Source: Pocillopora damicornis
Lineage: Eukaryota
Length of the DNA stretch: 64,000 nucleotides
Assembly: GCF_003704095.1 (NCBI RefSeq)
Contig: NW_020845583.1
Coordinates: forward strand, 62,001-126,000
Reading direction: 5' to 3'
Shown: one piece after another, positions 37,901-51,500 of the stretch
How the letters are laid out: every line of letters starts with the position of its first letter
Numbering within the stretch: the first letter of the stretch is position 1
The notes under the pieces: generated by a model
The model's database searches: none
What the model was told of the DNA's origin: nothing
The model's input: only the letters and a program-made list of their open reading frames with translations
Made by a program: the position numbers and the translations under genes

Positions 37901-40900
37901 CTGTGCCTTGCTGTCAGAATTATATTTACACTTAAAGCTTACATTGATGTAGATTTATCACCTAAGGAATTTTTTGGATCAAACTGTGCCGAGAGATCAG
38001 AATTATCTTAATTCCATGCTTAAAGCTTACATTGATAGAGATTTATAACTCTAATATTGCTAACATTTTAAAAAGTTCATTCCTGAAGGACTCACCTCTG
38101 CTTTCCATTTGTTTAAGTACTTTAACAACAGTACTACATATGGAGTGTGGCCATGCTCCTATGACAAATGTGAACAAAGAACTAGTTATTGATCAGGCAA
38201 CAGTTGTTTGAATGTTGGATAGCACCATTTACTGGATAGCACTCTATCCAGTTGATAATACTATACATTTTGCTATCACTTATCCCCTGGACAGCGATTT
38301 GTCCGTTGGATAGCGTTATCTGCTACCCTTTATGTGTTATCTGTTACCCTTTACACAACTGGGCCCAGAACAAAATGATTCCCTAGGTTTATAAAAAGCA
38401 TTACTGAACAGCTTGATGAAGTAATTTAAGTTGTTGCTTTATAATATTTCAGTGAAAATAATGTTATTTCCCCTTTCCCCCCTCCAGTATTGCCAAGCTT
38501 TCCTGACAGAACCCCAGTACCCATATATACTCCTGGGTAGAGAGACATGCACTGTGAGAGCAGAGTCCAAAAACACAACACAATGACTCAGCCTGGTCTT
38601 CAACCTGCACCTCTCAACGCAGAATCCAACATGCCAACTGTTAAGCCAGCAAATCTCCTGGTCAGGGGTTACACCTCGACTTTCTGATCCAGAGTCCAGT
38701 GTGAATACCATTTTCTAACACTGTGTCCCCTTACGCATACAATATTTACCTGTTTTGTCATGGTGTTAAGATCTAAAGCATCCACATACTGTACAAGGCC
38801 AGGAAAAGGCCTGTCTAATCTTAAGTCTGGATGAGTGCTATCAGGGTGTGATTCCACAACTGCATAAGTAAGAAAAATCGTTGTCAAGAAAAGAAACTTC
38901 TCACATGTTACAGATTTGTTGCCATACATACCAGGAAAAGTCAAGCTACAAAAAGTAAACATCATTTGCTATCTCTTTTCTATCGCAGGCCAAAAGTTTA
39001 CCAGCACTGGTTGCTTACAGTGTACTCCAACAAGTTTTGGTGGCTTAGGGCCAAGTATACAGAAATACAGAATGTGGGTTAGAAGCAAACTCCATACTCC
39101 CATCTCAGAGCTGCTCTAAGCATATGAACCCAGAGTTTTAAGCTGTTGCAGTGTGACCACTCACACAGCAACAGACTGACGAAGGCTGGCAATTCTGCCA
39201 AAATATTTTCAAAAAAATTTACACAGAATGCAAGCTAATCTCAGGAATAAAGATGCAACATTATTCCACACAGAAATGTATTGTGATTCTTACCACAGTG
39301 CTCTTGCAGCACAATTCTCATGCAACCAATAAAGCCATATGAACGACAAACTAGCAGTGGAATATTTCTGGACCACAGTAAGGAACCAAGTTTTAGTAGA
39401 GTTCTGAAAATAAAAATGAACTTTAAATACCCTTTTCCATTGGAACAGTTGTAAAGTTTGAAGGTGGTAGAGATTCAAACCAAAAAATTGAATAATTCAA
39501 AGGATGGGATGCAAATAAGTATCTTCTTAAACAACAAGTTATATTCTCAATGACTGTAAATATATAAAAATCATATATGTGAACTGCCGTTGCAGAAACG
39601 AAAACGGAAGCAATCCTCGCAATTATGAACACTACTTAAATAGTAGTGAAAATAAGGCCTGAAGAAAAGTCAGAACTGGTATTGTAGAGGTCATGGGTTC
39701 AAATCCTGTACTGGCCTGAATTTTTTTCAGGCCTTATTTTCACTACTACTTAAGTAGTGTTTATAACTGCGAGGATCGCTTCCATAACTTATCTTTTAGG
39801 TTCCACTTACTCCTCAGGAAGCTGAGTAGCTATGACCACAGTAAATGACTTGAAATAGTCACTGTTCTCCCGTAACAAGCAGTCTGTAGTCTAATTGAAA
39901 CAATGAAAACACAAGGCTTAAATGACAAGCAAAAGCTGCTGAGTATTTAAATACTCTTTCACTCAAACTTATGACCATTTACCAAAAGCATTATACAATG
40001 AAACTCAAATTAGAGATTAACCCAGTGCTATATGTACAGCTGTACATGTTTAATATTAAAATTGTTTCCTCACAAAGTTTGCAAATTTCATGAGAGGATG
40101 CCCTCATGAGGGTCTTACATGTATGTCTCATTGCCCATGTTTAGTTAAAGTGGAAATCAGTTAGACATAAATGGAAAAAAAAATGTGACAAATACAGGAA
40201 ATAAATATATTATACAACAATTTAATGCAAACAGCATCTCCTGTGGAAAAACCAGACTATAACATCACCATGGGCAATTTGATTTAGGGAAAAGAAATAC
40301 ATTCTTGCTTGTTCAAACTGTAGTTTAATTAAATGATCAATACATGGAAAATAAACTGCTAAATGAGATGGCCTGAACAATAACCTTGAGAACACTGATG
40401 ATTCCTTTGAGGATCAATTTTTAACAATATAAGATTGATCAGTGCTTACTTCTTCAATGAAATCTCCTGACACATCTGAATTAAGTTCAAGCAGAAGTTC
40501 AGTGGTGCACTCTGCCCGAGACTAATCAAAGAGAAACATGACCGACATGATCAACTGATTAAATTAATAAGTCTACTCCCTTTCAATAAATGGATATTTA
40601 TTTTGGGTCTCACTGATGTTTCTATAAAGCTGTAATTAATTAATTAATTTCAGATCTGTACGTGTACATGCCAAATGTTCTACTTTACTTCAAAAACATA
40701 TGTATAGAACATAAAGACTGCTAATAACTGTCAACTTGACCCTTTAACTCCCAAATCAAATTTGTAATTCTCCTTACTGTCAACCATACAATTCTTATTA
40801 TGCTTGTTCAGAGAATTTAGTACTGGATCAACTAACTATCTCCAAATTGATCTTTTTCTTTCTTCTCATCACTTATCTGGTTGTTATTGTATAGATACTG

Positions 40901-42783
40901 TAAGAAGAAATTCTGTCTTGGTCACTCATGGGTGTTAAAGGTTAAGGCACTGTTACCATCTTAATGCATTTGTTTAGTGCTACTTGTACTTAAATTATTT
41001 TCCATACCTTTCCAATACAATCTTTATCTAAAAAGAAGCTGTGAAAAATCAAAAGGCAAAATAAACTAAATTAAATCAAGTTATCAATAACACAAAGATT
41101 TATATCAACAAGAGAATGAATAATCTACAGAGTAATTTAAAATGTTTTTCCTCTTCTGGTCAGATTCATTGTATAAAAAGAGCATAACAATCTATGAATG
41201 ATTTGTAACATCGAGCAACAATGTTTGCTTCCTATGCACTTACTTGTTGCCTACATCTTCACCAGTAACTTTCTCGCCATCCACAATAGTAAAAGATCCT
41301 ATGCCTAATGGAAATAAACCACATTCAGTGTGTTACAATTTGAAAATTAAGACATGTGTTACTGGTGATCTGAGAATTCTTGGCTTCAAGGCAGGATTAT
41401 TTAGCAAAATTCTCATGACTTGAAATTTTTGTTATCTTAATGTAAAGAAAAATTTTCCTACTGCCTCACTTTATTTTCCTGCAACAACATTTCTTAACAA
41501 GAAGCCTGTAAACTGCTTGCCCAGGTGCATATGACAATCACAAGCACTGAATGTTAAAATGTCACCACAATTTAAATAATAAATTTTACCTGGAAGAATG
41601 AGATTCTTTAGAATTTCAGTTCCAGTAGCTGATGCATTTATTAAGCAAATCTTGGCTCCTTCAAGAGCTTCTTGTCCGTGATCTCCCCACAATCTAAACA
41701 ACCACAACAAAAAATAACACGTTTTATCTAACTAGATAAAATAACGAGTTAAAAAATCACCTTTTGACTCTGTAACAGAAGTGAATTCAATTTTTTTTTA
41801 GGATCTTTCATACAGTCCTGAAGACAATGCTATAAGAGCTTAGTGGTCTAATGGTAAAATGACCCTTCATTCCCGATATAGAGTTCTATGTTTGAATCCT
41901 AGCCAGTAATTGAGTTGACAGGATTTTGCGGTCTGGTTGTATAGGTGAAATAGCATTGATAAGAACTGTTGCTATCACTAGTACTGACTGATGTTGTGAC
42001 AACATTCATGTAGTCTTTGAGGATGACTTACACTGAGGTCATGAAAATGTTGGTCTCTACAACAAACAGCAGTACTTTCCGGGACTTCTCTTACCTGGAC
42101 AATTCCTTTACATGTATATAATCAACTGTAAATCATATTTAACAAATAAAAGGTGTTACATACACAGAGGAAAATAAACCTGGAAGCCAGACAGTTTTCT
42201 CTGACACACTTATTAAAGGAAAATGTGTAACATATAGCCCTGAGAATTGCTTGACAGATTTTTGTCACTCGGCTGTCCTTAGTCGAGCCCTCAGGATCAA
42301 TGATCAGTATCTTAACTATGTAACTCTGTCTAAGACATTATCACAATGAGAAAGATAAAAAAAACTGCCCGAAAAAAGGACGATAAATGAAACTGGAAAC
42401 CCGAGCGTTCTAAACATAATATTTCTACGTAATGTAGAAGCATGGATGGACAGCCACGGAGGACTGAGGTACTGACCTAATCTGATTTTTTTTCCACTTT
42501 GCTAATCATTTCTGTCTAGCAGGTGGATCTATCACGACCTTACAAACGTTTAATCCATAATCTTTTCTTTTCTGATATCCAAAGATCTCTTAGACGCGGT
42601 TGACGACGCGGTTAACAAAAACCACTGATAACGAACCATCCAGCTCACACGCGTATCTGCGCATTCTGAAACCCCTCGCGTTTCTTTCTTAGTGCTATTT
42701 TTTCGCATCACAATGCACATTCATTTCTCTTACCTTAACTGACGATCATATTTTTTGTTTTTATCGAGAGCTACCTTGGACAT
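31925..42783 (-). CDS. NAE1: NEDD8-activating enzyme E1 regulatory subunit (APPBP1), about 22 coding exons
   Basis: [28 protein letters not shown]...[20 protein letters not shown]...[16 protein letters not shown]...[50 protein letters not shown] junctions throughout. Confidence 0.96.
34355..34500 (-). mobile_element. Repeat carrying a minimal hammerhead-like motif (34464-34497), as found in Penelope-like elements; second copy at 60190-60398
   Basis: Minus strand reads act-CTGATGA-A-GGGC-TAAG-GCGC-GAAA-CGTT-agc. About 100 bp of flank is shared with 60190-60290. Confidence 0.55.
34505..34755. mobile_element. Interspersed MITE-like repeat (AGCCAATCA...GCGCGGGAAAA...TGATTGGCT); fragment also at ~25305-25395
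   Basis: Internal inverted AGCCAATCAGA/TCTGATTGGCT; motifs recur elsewhere in the window. Confidence 0.55.
38480..38730 (-). mobile_element. Degenerate tRNA-derived SINE
   Basis: The minus strand has decayed tRNA-like heads followed by CATTGTGTTGTGTT...CTCACAGTGC...CTCTACCCAGGAGTATATATGGGTAC, resembling a conserved SINE central domain. Confidence 0.45.
39570..39785. mobile_element. Palindromic element with a tRNA B-box in its loop
   Basis: Arms 39606-39668 and 39722-39783 are near-complementary; the loop contains GGTTCAAATCC (39696-39706). Confidence 0.7.
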
Positions 42784-43017
42784 TTTCTGTTTCCTTGAAG
42801 GGCCCGGTGAATTCACCGCTTTCCTTTTCATTGCGCATGGGTACTGCACCAATTGAACCACAGTTTTTCTGCACAGCAGTGACGCACCATCGTCGGTAAA
42901 TTTCGGTTACTTTCGTAAAGCCCCGACATTGGACGGACGTAGCTTGAACGAAAAGGCACTGGTACTTGCGACGTGGCATGCGCATAAATACAGAATATAG
43001 TTTAATACGAGGCAATC
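42784..43017. promoter_or_regulatory. Bidirectional promoter region shared by NAE1 and TM9SF4
   Basis: 234 bp between divergent ATGs; CpG-rich; NRF1-like TGCGCATG (~42832) and GCATGCGCA (~42976). Confidence 0.7.
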
Positions 43018-46000
43018 ATGGCGGACGCAAAGTCTTGTGGAAGATCCGTCACAAAGGTGTGTTTTTCTGATAATTTTTTCTCTAGATGTGATAGCTTTAG
43101 CCTCAAAAACGGTGCAGTACTTAGTAATAGCCATTCCATGCGAAGTTAATCTCTGTTTGTTTAACCGTTGATACACTAGAAAACGTCTATGTGGCTACTG
43201 TCATGTTTGATCTTTTGGCTCAATATTTCGCCCACCTGGCCCTTTTATTTGCCTGGAATTGCTCCGATTGACTACGAAAAAGGCGAAAAACTAGAAGTCA
43301 AGGTACGGTCTTTTAAACCTCAAATATTATGATCTAATATTATGCGGGCATCCTTGGTAAATCGTCAGATTTTGATGCTTTTACACTAAACTTGTTTTTG
43401 TTTTTACTTGTTCGATTCAAAATTGATAATAGCTGTATGGTGGAATTTTTTGTCTTTTTTTTCCAATTTTTATTTCCGATCATCAAAGACAATTGTATCT
43501 TTTTAATACAAACCTCAAGATGCATCTCCGTAGATTTTTTGCCTCATTAATACGGTTGCTATGACTTCACCTACTACTTCAAAGCTTGAAAAAATCTAGA
43601 TTAGTGCTGTAAGGTGGTAATAGCTGTCATGTTTGATTTGGATGGTCTTTGGAATGTACAGGCTGTAAAAATGACAAGCATCAAGACACAGCTTCCCTTT
43701 GAGTACTACTCTATTCCCATCTGTAAGCCTGACAATTTACAGTACAAGCCAGAAAACCTTGGTAGGGCTGATTTCTTGCATTTTTTTATTTTGTATTTAG
43801 ATCATAGTGCAAAATTTTGTTATGTTCAATTAAAAAAACTAATTTTCATGATACACTACATTGTTTATTTATTTGATGGGAAGCATGGAAAAAAGGTCCT
43901 TTGGAATTCACATCTTATTTGAAACATTGTAAATCATTATTTTGCGGGAACTTTGAGGCTAATGAGAATAAATTCTGAAATCAGAGGTAAAACACTGCTT
44001 CTGGTAGTTGATTTATGTCTTTTATCTTTGTTTTTCTTTCTTTCTTGTAAGAAAATTTACTCATTTGCCATTTAGAGTATTGTCTTAAAAACAATGTGCT
44101 TTGTCTGTAGGGGAAGTACTTCGCGGTGACAGGATTGTAAATACTTTATATGAGGTTTGTATCCTTCTTCTTTAACACTGTAGCACACAAACACACTATA
44201 ATGATATAGTTGTAGGAGGTGAAACTGTACTTCTTCCTGTATCAAGATATAAGAGACATTTACCCCTGAATTCTTTTTAGTTTGCCATTTAAAACCATTT
44301 TTATCTTCTCTATCTTTTTTTGCACTTCTCCCTTGATAGTTTTTTGGTCATTGTTTGTGTTTTATGCTGCCCTCTTTAAACATAAGTTATTTTGGCAAGT
44401 AATATACAGCTGTTTCAAGAAAGTTTGCAAATCGTATAGTGTAAGAATGCATGCAATAACCCTGAAAGGTATTGTGAGTATACTATACAGTTGTAGGTCA
44501 TGATTTATTGACTGAGGATTTTGGGGAAATCTGTAAAAATTTCACTTTAAGTACAAGGCATCTTGTTCTTGATTAGTTTTGTATTTATTTGCCTGCACTT
44601 TTGGCTTTTTTTCCGACAACTGTTCTTGAAACAGCTGTAGATTAAAAGGAATTTTTCTAGGGAATTCTTTAGTCTTTATCAATTGTTAATCTAATTTTTT
44701 TCTCTACCAAGTCACTAACTTGTATTCTCAAGCAACCTTCTGCCCTCTTCTGACCATTTTACAGTATTCATTTGCTGGTACTACTGAGCTTTTTTGTTGC
44801 TTTGTAGATAAGAATGGCACAAAACAAAGGTTGCACTTTACTCTGCAAGCAAACAACTGTGAATGCAGAGCAATCTACGAAACTTTCCAAGCTGATATCA
44901 GATGAATACCATGTTCACATGTGCGTAGTTTCTTATTTTAGTTTCTTTTCCTATTTTGTTTTAATCCTTTTATCCTTTGTCATTTTGTCTTCTTTCTTTT
45001 TTTTACTTCCTAATGAGTGTCATCATTTTGTCATCTCCTAATTTTTACATGCTTCTGTTAATTAAATGGTTTTGGTAACTTTTTCAATAAGTGGCTGCTA
45101 CTGATGTAATGGACTGCTGTGCCTTGAAAGTGGCAGCAAGGCCCCATTCTCCTAGGGGGGGTCTAGGCTCCCCCTGACCTCACGAAAATCTGGAATCTAG
45201 AAGCTTGGAAATATAATTTCTCTTCTCTGAATTCCTTCTAGCCATTCTCTTGTGTTGTATTCACTTATTTTCTCCTTTCATCTCTTAGTGACTGGAGCAT
45301 GTTTTAACTTCTCACAAAACTGCTTTATGAACAATTTCAGGGTTATTGATAATCTACCTGTGGCAACAAAATTTGTTCTTGAGACTGGCCAGGTAAGGAC
45401 CATGATGGCAAAAAATTTTAATGTGATTCTGGTTTCCCAAATAATACTCTTTTCAGAACAATTTTGAAATGTCTCTTTTTCCACATATAATGTATAAAAA
45501 ATTGCTAAATTTAATTATTCAGTATGTGTGGCAGTTATCGGACACAATCAGAATCTACATTGTACCAGTGTGTTTGGGTTTGTTCATGATTTTGTATCTT
45601 TTTCCTTAATTAGGTGCAGTATGATCATGGATTTAAACTTGGATTTACCAGAGAGAAGGTTAGTAACAGGAAAATAAATGCACTGTCTTGATATACAGTC
45701 ACTCTCTCTCTCTCTTAGTGCTGCCAATCTTGTTATCAATGCTAGTTTTTAATTTGGTTTTATTATTGATGAAAAACCTCTAAAATGAAAAAAATATATA
45801 ATCAGAATATTTTTAAAAATTCTGTCACTCTCTCAGTAAAGGCCCATTAATTTCATAATTTTGTTCTTTTTGTGATGAGGTAATTATTTTGATTGATATT
45901 CAAATTCTCATCAGAATTAAATGGTGGATTATCCTTTTTTTTCAGGAGACTTACCTTAATAATCATTTGATGATGGTCCTCAAATATCATACTTATGACA

Positions 46001-48563
46001 AGTAAGCAAACTTTTTCCTTGAATTTCTTTTTCAGCAGTGAGTTTCGTCTCTCTTTGCAAGAAAATTTAAGTTTCTGATTTTCTTTCTGTAGCGCCACAT
46101 TCCGTGTTGTTGGATTTGAAGTACATACAAAAAGGTGAGAAAGTTATTGCATGGAAATTAAAATCAATTAACATAAATCAAGCTGTGATGTCAGGTGCCC
46201 TCCCCTGCCTTGGGAGCTTGGGACCTGCCCAATCCCTATCAGCTTCTTTGGCCACATGGCTCTGAGAACCAATAATGTGATGTAACTAATTGTTACAATT
46301 TAGTAGGATTTATTCAAATTTCTCTTTTCAATTTTTGGTAGTGTGGCAACAGATGCTATAGCTGTGGAAGCAAACAGTAATAAATGTTCGTTTTTGAGTG
46401 ACAAGCCATCTAATCTGCAGATTACTCCTAACCGTAAGTTTTATTTTCATTAATGTTGTACAAAGTGACAGATGAAGCTAAAATATGATTAAAACCAAAA
46501 ACCCTGAAGACGTCCATTGTCACTTTGAGATGAATAGTAAACAACTACAATCACTTTTTTTGGTCGATCATGTGCCAATGAGATGTTAGAGATGTTGGAT
46601 CAATATCAGTATCTGGGCAACTGCCCACCTACCCCTCCCCTAATTCAACAACAGTCAATTGACAACAATTTAAGGTTAATGTTGGGTTTGGGGAGGGGTA
46701 GGTGGGCAGTTTCCCAGATACTGATATTGATCCGAGATGTTGATAGGGATTGAAATGGAAATCAGAATGATGACAGAGATATGAATTTCATCAGAAGCTG
46801 TCTATATGCAGCTGAATTTGATGGTTCAAGTGTCATAATGGTTCATGCTTAATACCATTTTGTTGTTGATTTTATATTAATAGAGGACAATGCTGTGGTG
46901 TTGACGTATTCTGTAGCTTGGGTGGTAGGTCAAGATGTGATAAATATCATCGTAAATTTTAAATTTCTTTAAATTCTATTTGATTGATACAGTATGTGAA
47001 AGAAATTGAAGATTTATTTGATTAGCTTTAAGAGAGGAGTAATTTCCAAAAATGTAAAGCAAACAAGCAAAAAAAAAAACTATTTAATGAATGTTTCTCT
47101 TATGGTGTAACAGGAAAACCCTTTCCAAAAAAACTTGTTACTTTTTGGGAGTTCTTACCATGAAACTTGGAAAACTATGCTTAATGGAAATAATTCTATG
47201 ACTGGATTACAGTGTATGTCAAGAAAATTTACTCAATGAAGCATAATGTATCTAACCGTAATATTGTAGAACAGATTACTGCAGGGCACTATTTTGTAGG
47301 TTGGGGTTTCTTTTCTTGCATGTCCTTAACTCCCATTTCATCAGTCACATTAAATATTCTGAGAAAATTCTTAAGTGTTCATACTTTTGGGTTTTATGGT
47401 TAAAAGGTCAAAGAAATAAGGGGATGCTATTGTGTAGAGCTTTTTAATCATCACTATATGATATTGTATTTCTCTTTATTACTTTCGTACAGGCCAGTGA
47501 GATTGTCTGGGCTTCACGATGGGACACATATTTAGCCATGAGTGATGTTCAGATCCATTGGTTTGCTATAGTCAACTCTGTAGTGATTGTCCTGTTTTTG
47601 TCTGGTGAGTCACCAATTACATGTACCTTAATTNNNNNNNNNNNNNNNNNNNNNNNNNNNNNNNNNNNNNNNNNNNNNNNNNNNNNNNNNNNNNNNNNNN
47701 NNNNNNNNNNNNNNNNNNNNNNNNNNNNNNNNNNNNNNNNNNNNNNNNNNNNNNNNNNNNNNNNNNNNNNNNNNNNNNNNNNNNNNNNNNNNNNNNNNNN
47801 NNNNNNNNNNNNNNNNNNNNNNNNNNNNNNNNNNNNNNNNNNNNNNACACCTAGCATGTATTCAATATTTCATTTATTGCATATTTAGTAAAGTTAGATT
47901 GCACATGTTAACTGTTATATCTTCCTCACAGGTATTGTCTCCATGATAATGATAAGGACATTACGACGTGACATTGCTCGTTATAACAAGGAAGAGGAAA
48001 TGGTTAGTTATTTCAAAGGCTCATCATTGATGAAAGCATTTTTTATCATAACAGTGAACTTGTGAAGCACTGAATAATTTTAATTATTGCCTTTGCTGCA
48101 CTGTTTGACCTTTTTGTTGTTATAGAATTAGGGTAACTTTATCAACCACCACCAAACTCCCAGATTATGTCAAGGCTTTTTCAGTGAAATTTAGTTTAAT
48201 GGTTAGAAATTTGAATTTGACTAGCTTTTTCATTTTGAAGTATGATATAAAGNNNNNNNNNNNNNNNNNNNNNNNNNNNNNNNNNNNNNNNNNNNNNNNN
48301 NNNNNNNNNNNNNNNNNNNNNNNNNNNNNNNNNNNNNNNNNNNNNNNNNNNNTGATGATGATGATGATGAGATGATGACAATAACATTAATGGTAATAAT
48401 GATGATGAAAAAAACTTGCAAAAATCCGGAGTTAAATTTTCATTCTCACTATAAAGTGTTTTTGCTGGATATTTTGCTGCTCGACTCTACAAGACATGCA
48501 AGGGCCAGAACTGGAAGAAATCTGCAGTACTGGTAAGATTCTTAATTCTTTAGGAGGACACCT

Positions 48564-48599
<36 letters not shown>

Positions 48600-51500
48600 G
48601 AACAGTACTAATATTACTCACAATACTCACAATACTCACAGTACAACTAACAGAAACTTACACTACTTACAATCTGCTTATTCTACTTACGATTACATAC
48701 AATACTAGCATTACTAAGAAAACTCACATAACTTACTGTACTAACTCTTCTAACAAAGCTTACTCTACTTACAATTACTTACACTACTTACACTTTTAAA
48801 ACTTGACAGTTACAAATTAATCAAGAGTAACTTTTGGGGTCAGATGTGTGGTACGACCTAAAACCTCTAGAAGCTGGCCAAGATCATTCTAAACTTTTTT
48901 TTTAAATTTCAGACGGCTGCTTTGTATCCTGGAGTTGTTTCTGCAGTCTGTTTCATTCTGAACTTCTTTATCTGGGGACAGCATTCTTCTGGAGCAGTAA
49001 GGGATAAATTTGATTGTATTTGTGCTCTGAATTTTCTTTATATTTTTTGTTTAACGGTACTTAATCCAATTTTGCTTGCATTTATCTCTTTTCAGGTTCC
49101 CTTTACAACCATGCTTGCTCTTCTCTGTCTGTGGCTGGGAATTTCAGTTCCTCTTGTTTTCATTGGATACTACTTTGGATACAGAAAACATGTGAGTATC
49201 AGCTTTGTCTTAATCTCATAATAAGATTTTTTTGTATTTAGTGGGATATAGAAAATTCTATTTCCCAATACTATGTAGGTATCTGTTGTTTTATTGACCT
49301 AAACTAGCAGTTGTAGGTTTTATATTTGACAGGAAATTAAATATTCAATTTTGCTATGCATTATTCAGCCATATGAACACCCTGTGAGAACAAACCAAAT
49401 TCCTAGGCAAGTTCCCGATCAGGCCTGGTACATGAGTCCCTTGCCAAGGTAAGGTTTTTACTTTTTCCATGAGTGCAACTGAATATCATCATAAGCTGTA
49501 CTGTATTGATGAAAACAAATTACTACTCAAAAGAGACAACTTTTGGAAATGCTAAAAGTAGGCATTAGGACCACAAAGTTACCTCTGGACAGACCTACCA
49601 GTATTTATTGGCATCTGATTCAAATAGAGCAGAGCTCTACTTGAAGCATATGCATATGCTAAAGAATGCAGGAGTACACATGTTTTTTTTTCTCATGACT
49701 TAAGTGCCAGTCCCTTTATTGGAAAGGAGTATGCATGTATTTTTTTGTGTGCCATTGTGTAATCTTTGTCATTATATTACTCATTTTTAGAAACATCTTT
49801 GTCTGGTACACTAAGAAAGAGCCATGTTTCCTTGTGCAGGAGTTGGAAATGTGTGAAAATTTTCTTAGCAATGTATTATCCTTGAAATCTGTTATTCGAG
49901 TAATTAATGCTGACTTCCTCTTTCAGCAACCTGATGGCTGGAATTCTCCCCTTTGGTGCTGTCTTTATTGAGCTCTTCTTTATTTTATCTGTAAGTAATC
50001 AAAATGAAGTGTCATTCTTCCCAGAAGTTAATTCTTGTTATAGGAACTCATCTCTTATCATCACCTCTAACCCTTTCACTCTCTTAAGTGACCAAGGAGG
50101 AGTTTCTCTCTACAGCATCAATACATTTTCAAGAAGTAGGGTGATGAGAAAAAAAAAATGTATTTATATCAGGAATAGGACATTGTTTGATTTAGTACTA
50201 AATTCTCAAAATAAAAATGATAAGAAATGGATGAGAGACAGTGCAGAGAATGTACATTTTGATCTTGGGAGTGGAAGGATTGAAGAATTATTGTAGCATA
50301 ACAGTTCCAGCAAAATAGTTTTTTTAAAGTTACAGTTAAACTGTTTTATCACATAGCTAGGAAATTTGTCTAGTCAAATTCAATTGTGCTAGCATGCTTC
50401 ATATTCCTATTGTACATGCTCATGACAGCAGCAAACAAATCTCTCTTGAGAAAAAAATTTCCATCAGGTTGAAAATGTTATTAAAACAATTGTTTCATAC
50501 ATCAGCTGTTCGTTCATCGAGATATGAAGCACTTGGGAAGTTTGGAGAGCACTGAAGAAGCTAGAGTTGCTCTCGGCTATGCCTCGAGCAACTCTTACGT
50601 GTCTTTCGTGCTCTCCAAACTTCCCGTGTGCTTCATATCTCGATGAATGCACGCTGATGTATGAACCAATTGTTAAGTATTATATAATTTGTTTTCTCTG
50701 CATTTTTAGGCAATCTGGGAAAATCAGTTCTACTATCTCTTTGGTTTCTTGTTTCTGGTGTTCCTGATCCTTGCCAGCTGTGTGTCACAGATATCTATAG
50801 TGATGATTTACTTCCAGTTATGTGCTGAGGTAGGAGAAGGTCTTTGCATTTTGAAGGTTAGACCCAATAATCCTGTGAAAGCAACTGGGGGTGATCCAAT
50901 TGTACAGGTTTCCATTTTCTCAAGTCCTGTGTTTGATCTTCCTGAGAGGGGAGGTGCTTCTTCTGAAGGAAGGAGAGCCTATTTCCATATCAGCAGCTGG
51001 TTATCAAGTCTGACTTTACCATTCCATGGTTAAGTTGTGGGAATATTCATTTTATTAATTGAAGCCCTAAAAATACAAACTTCATGTCTGCATTGAATTC
51101 CACCGCTGAGGAAACACTGAAAGTTAAAGAGTTGCAGGAGAGATTGACCAAAGGCAATATTCAATTGCTCTATCTGGGTTGGGACATTTTTTGAAATATT
51201 TTGGTTTTTCTGTGTCGCCCCTCTTTTTTACACTTTGCTAAAAACTGTACTATCAGCCTTTATTCTTCAGAAAATTATTGCAGTTTATGTATAGGTTCAT
51301 GAGAGAAAATTACAACTGAACAAAAATGGTACACTTTGTTAGACAGACTAGTGCTTGCCACACAACCTAACAAAGGAAAGTAGAAGAAAGACAACAAAAT
51401 GTTTAAAGTGATAACCACCATTTTTATTTTTCTTGCAGGACTACCACTGGTGGTGGAGATCATTCTTCATGTCTGGTTCATGCTCCATCTATGTGTTCTT

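Noticed and set aside
41838-41910. tRNA-like sequence with A-box (TGGTCTAATGG) and B-box (GTTTGAATC) remnants
   Set aside because: Cannot be folded into a cloverleaf; at best a decayed SINE head.
44159-44166. GTATCCTT as a U12-type donor in TM9SF4
   Set aside because: The GT at 44155 keeps the frame (NTLYE|IRMAQ); using 44159 would frameshift.
46029-46043. TTTTCAG-CA-GTGAGT as a micro-exon in TM9SF4
   Set aside because: It would be 2 nt (frameshifting) and only about 34 nt from the upstream donor; direct splicing gives an intact [13 protein letters not shown].
47538-48421. ORFs containing X runs
   Set aside because: Artefacts of N gaps and a (TGA)n microsatellite.
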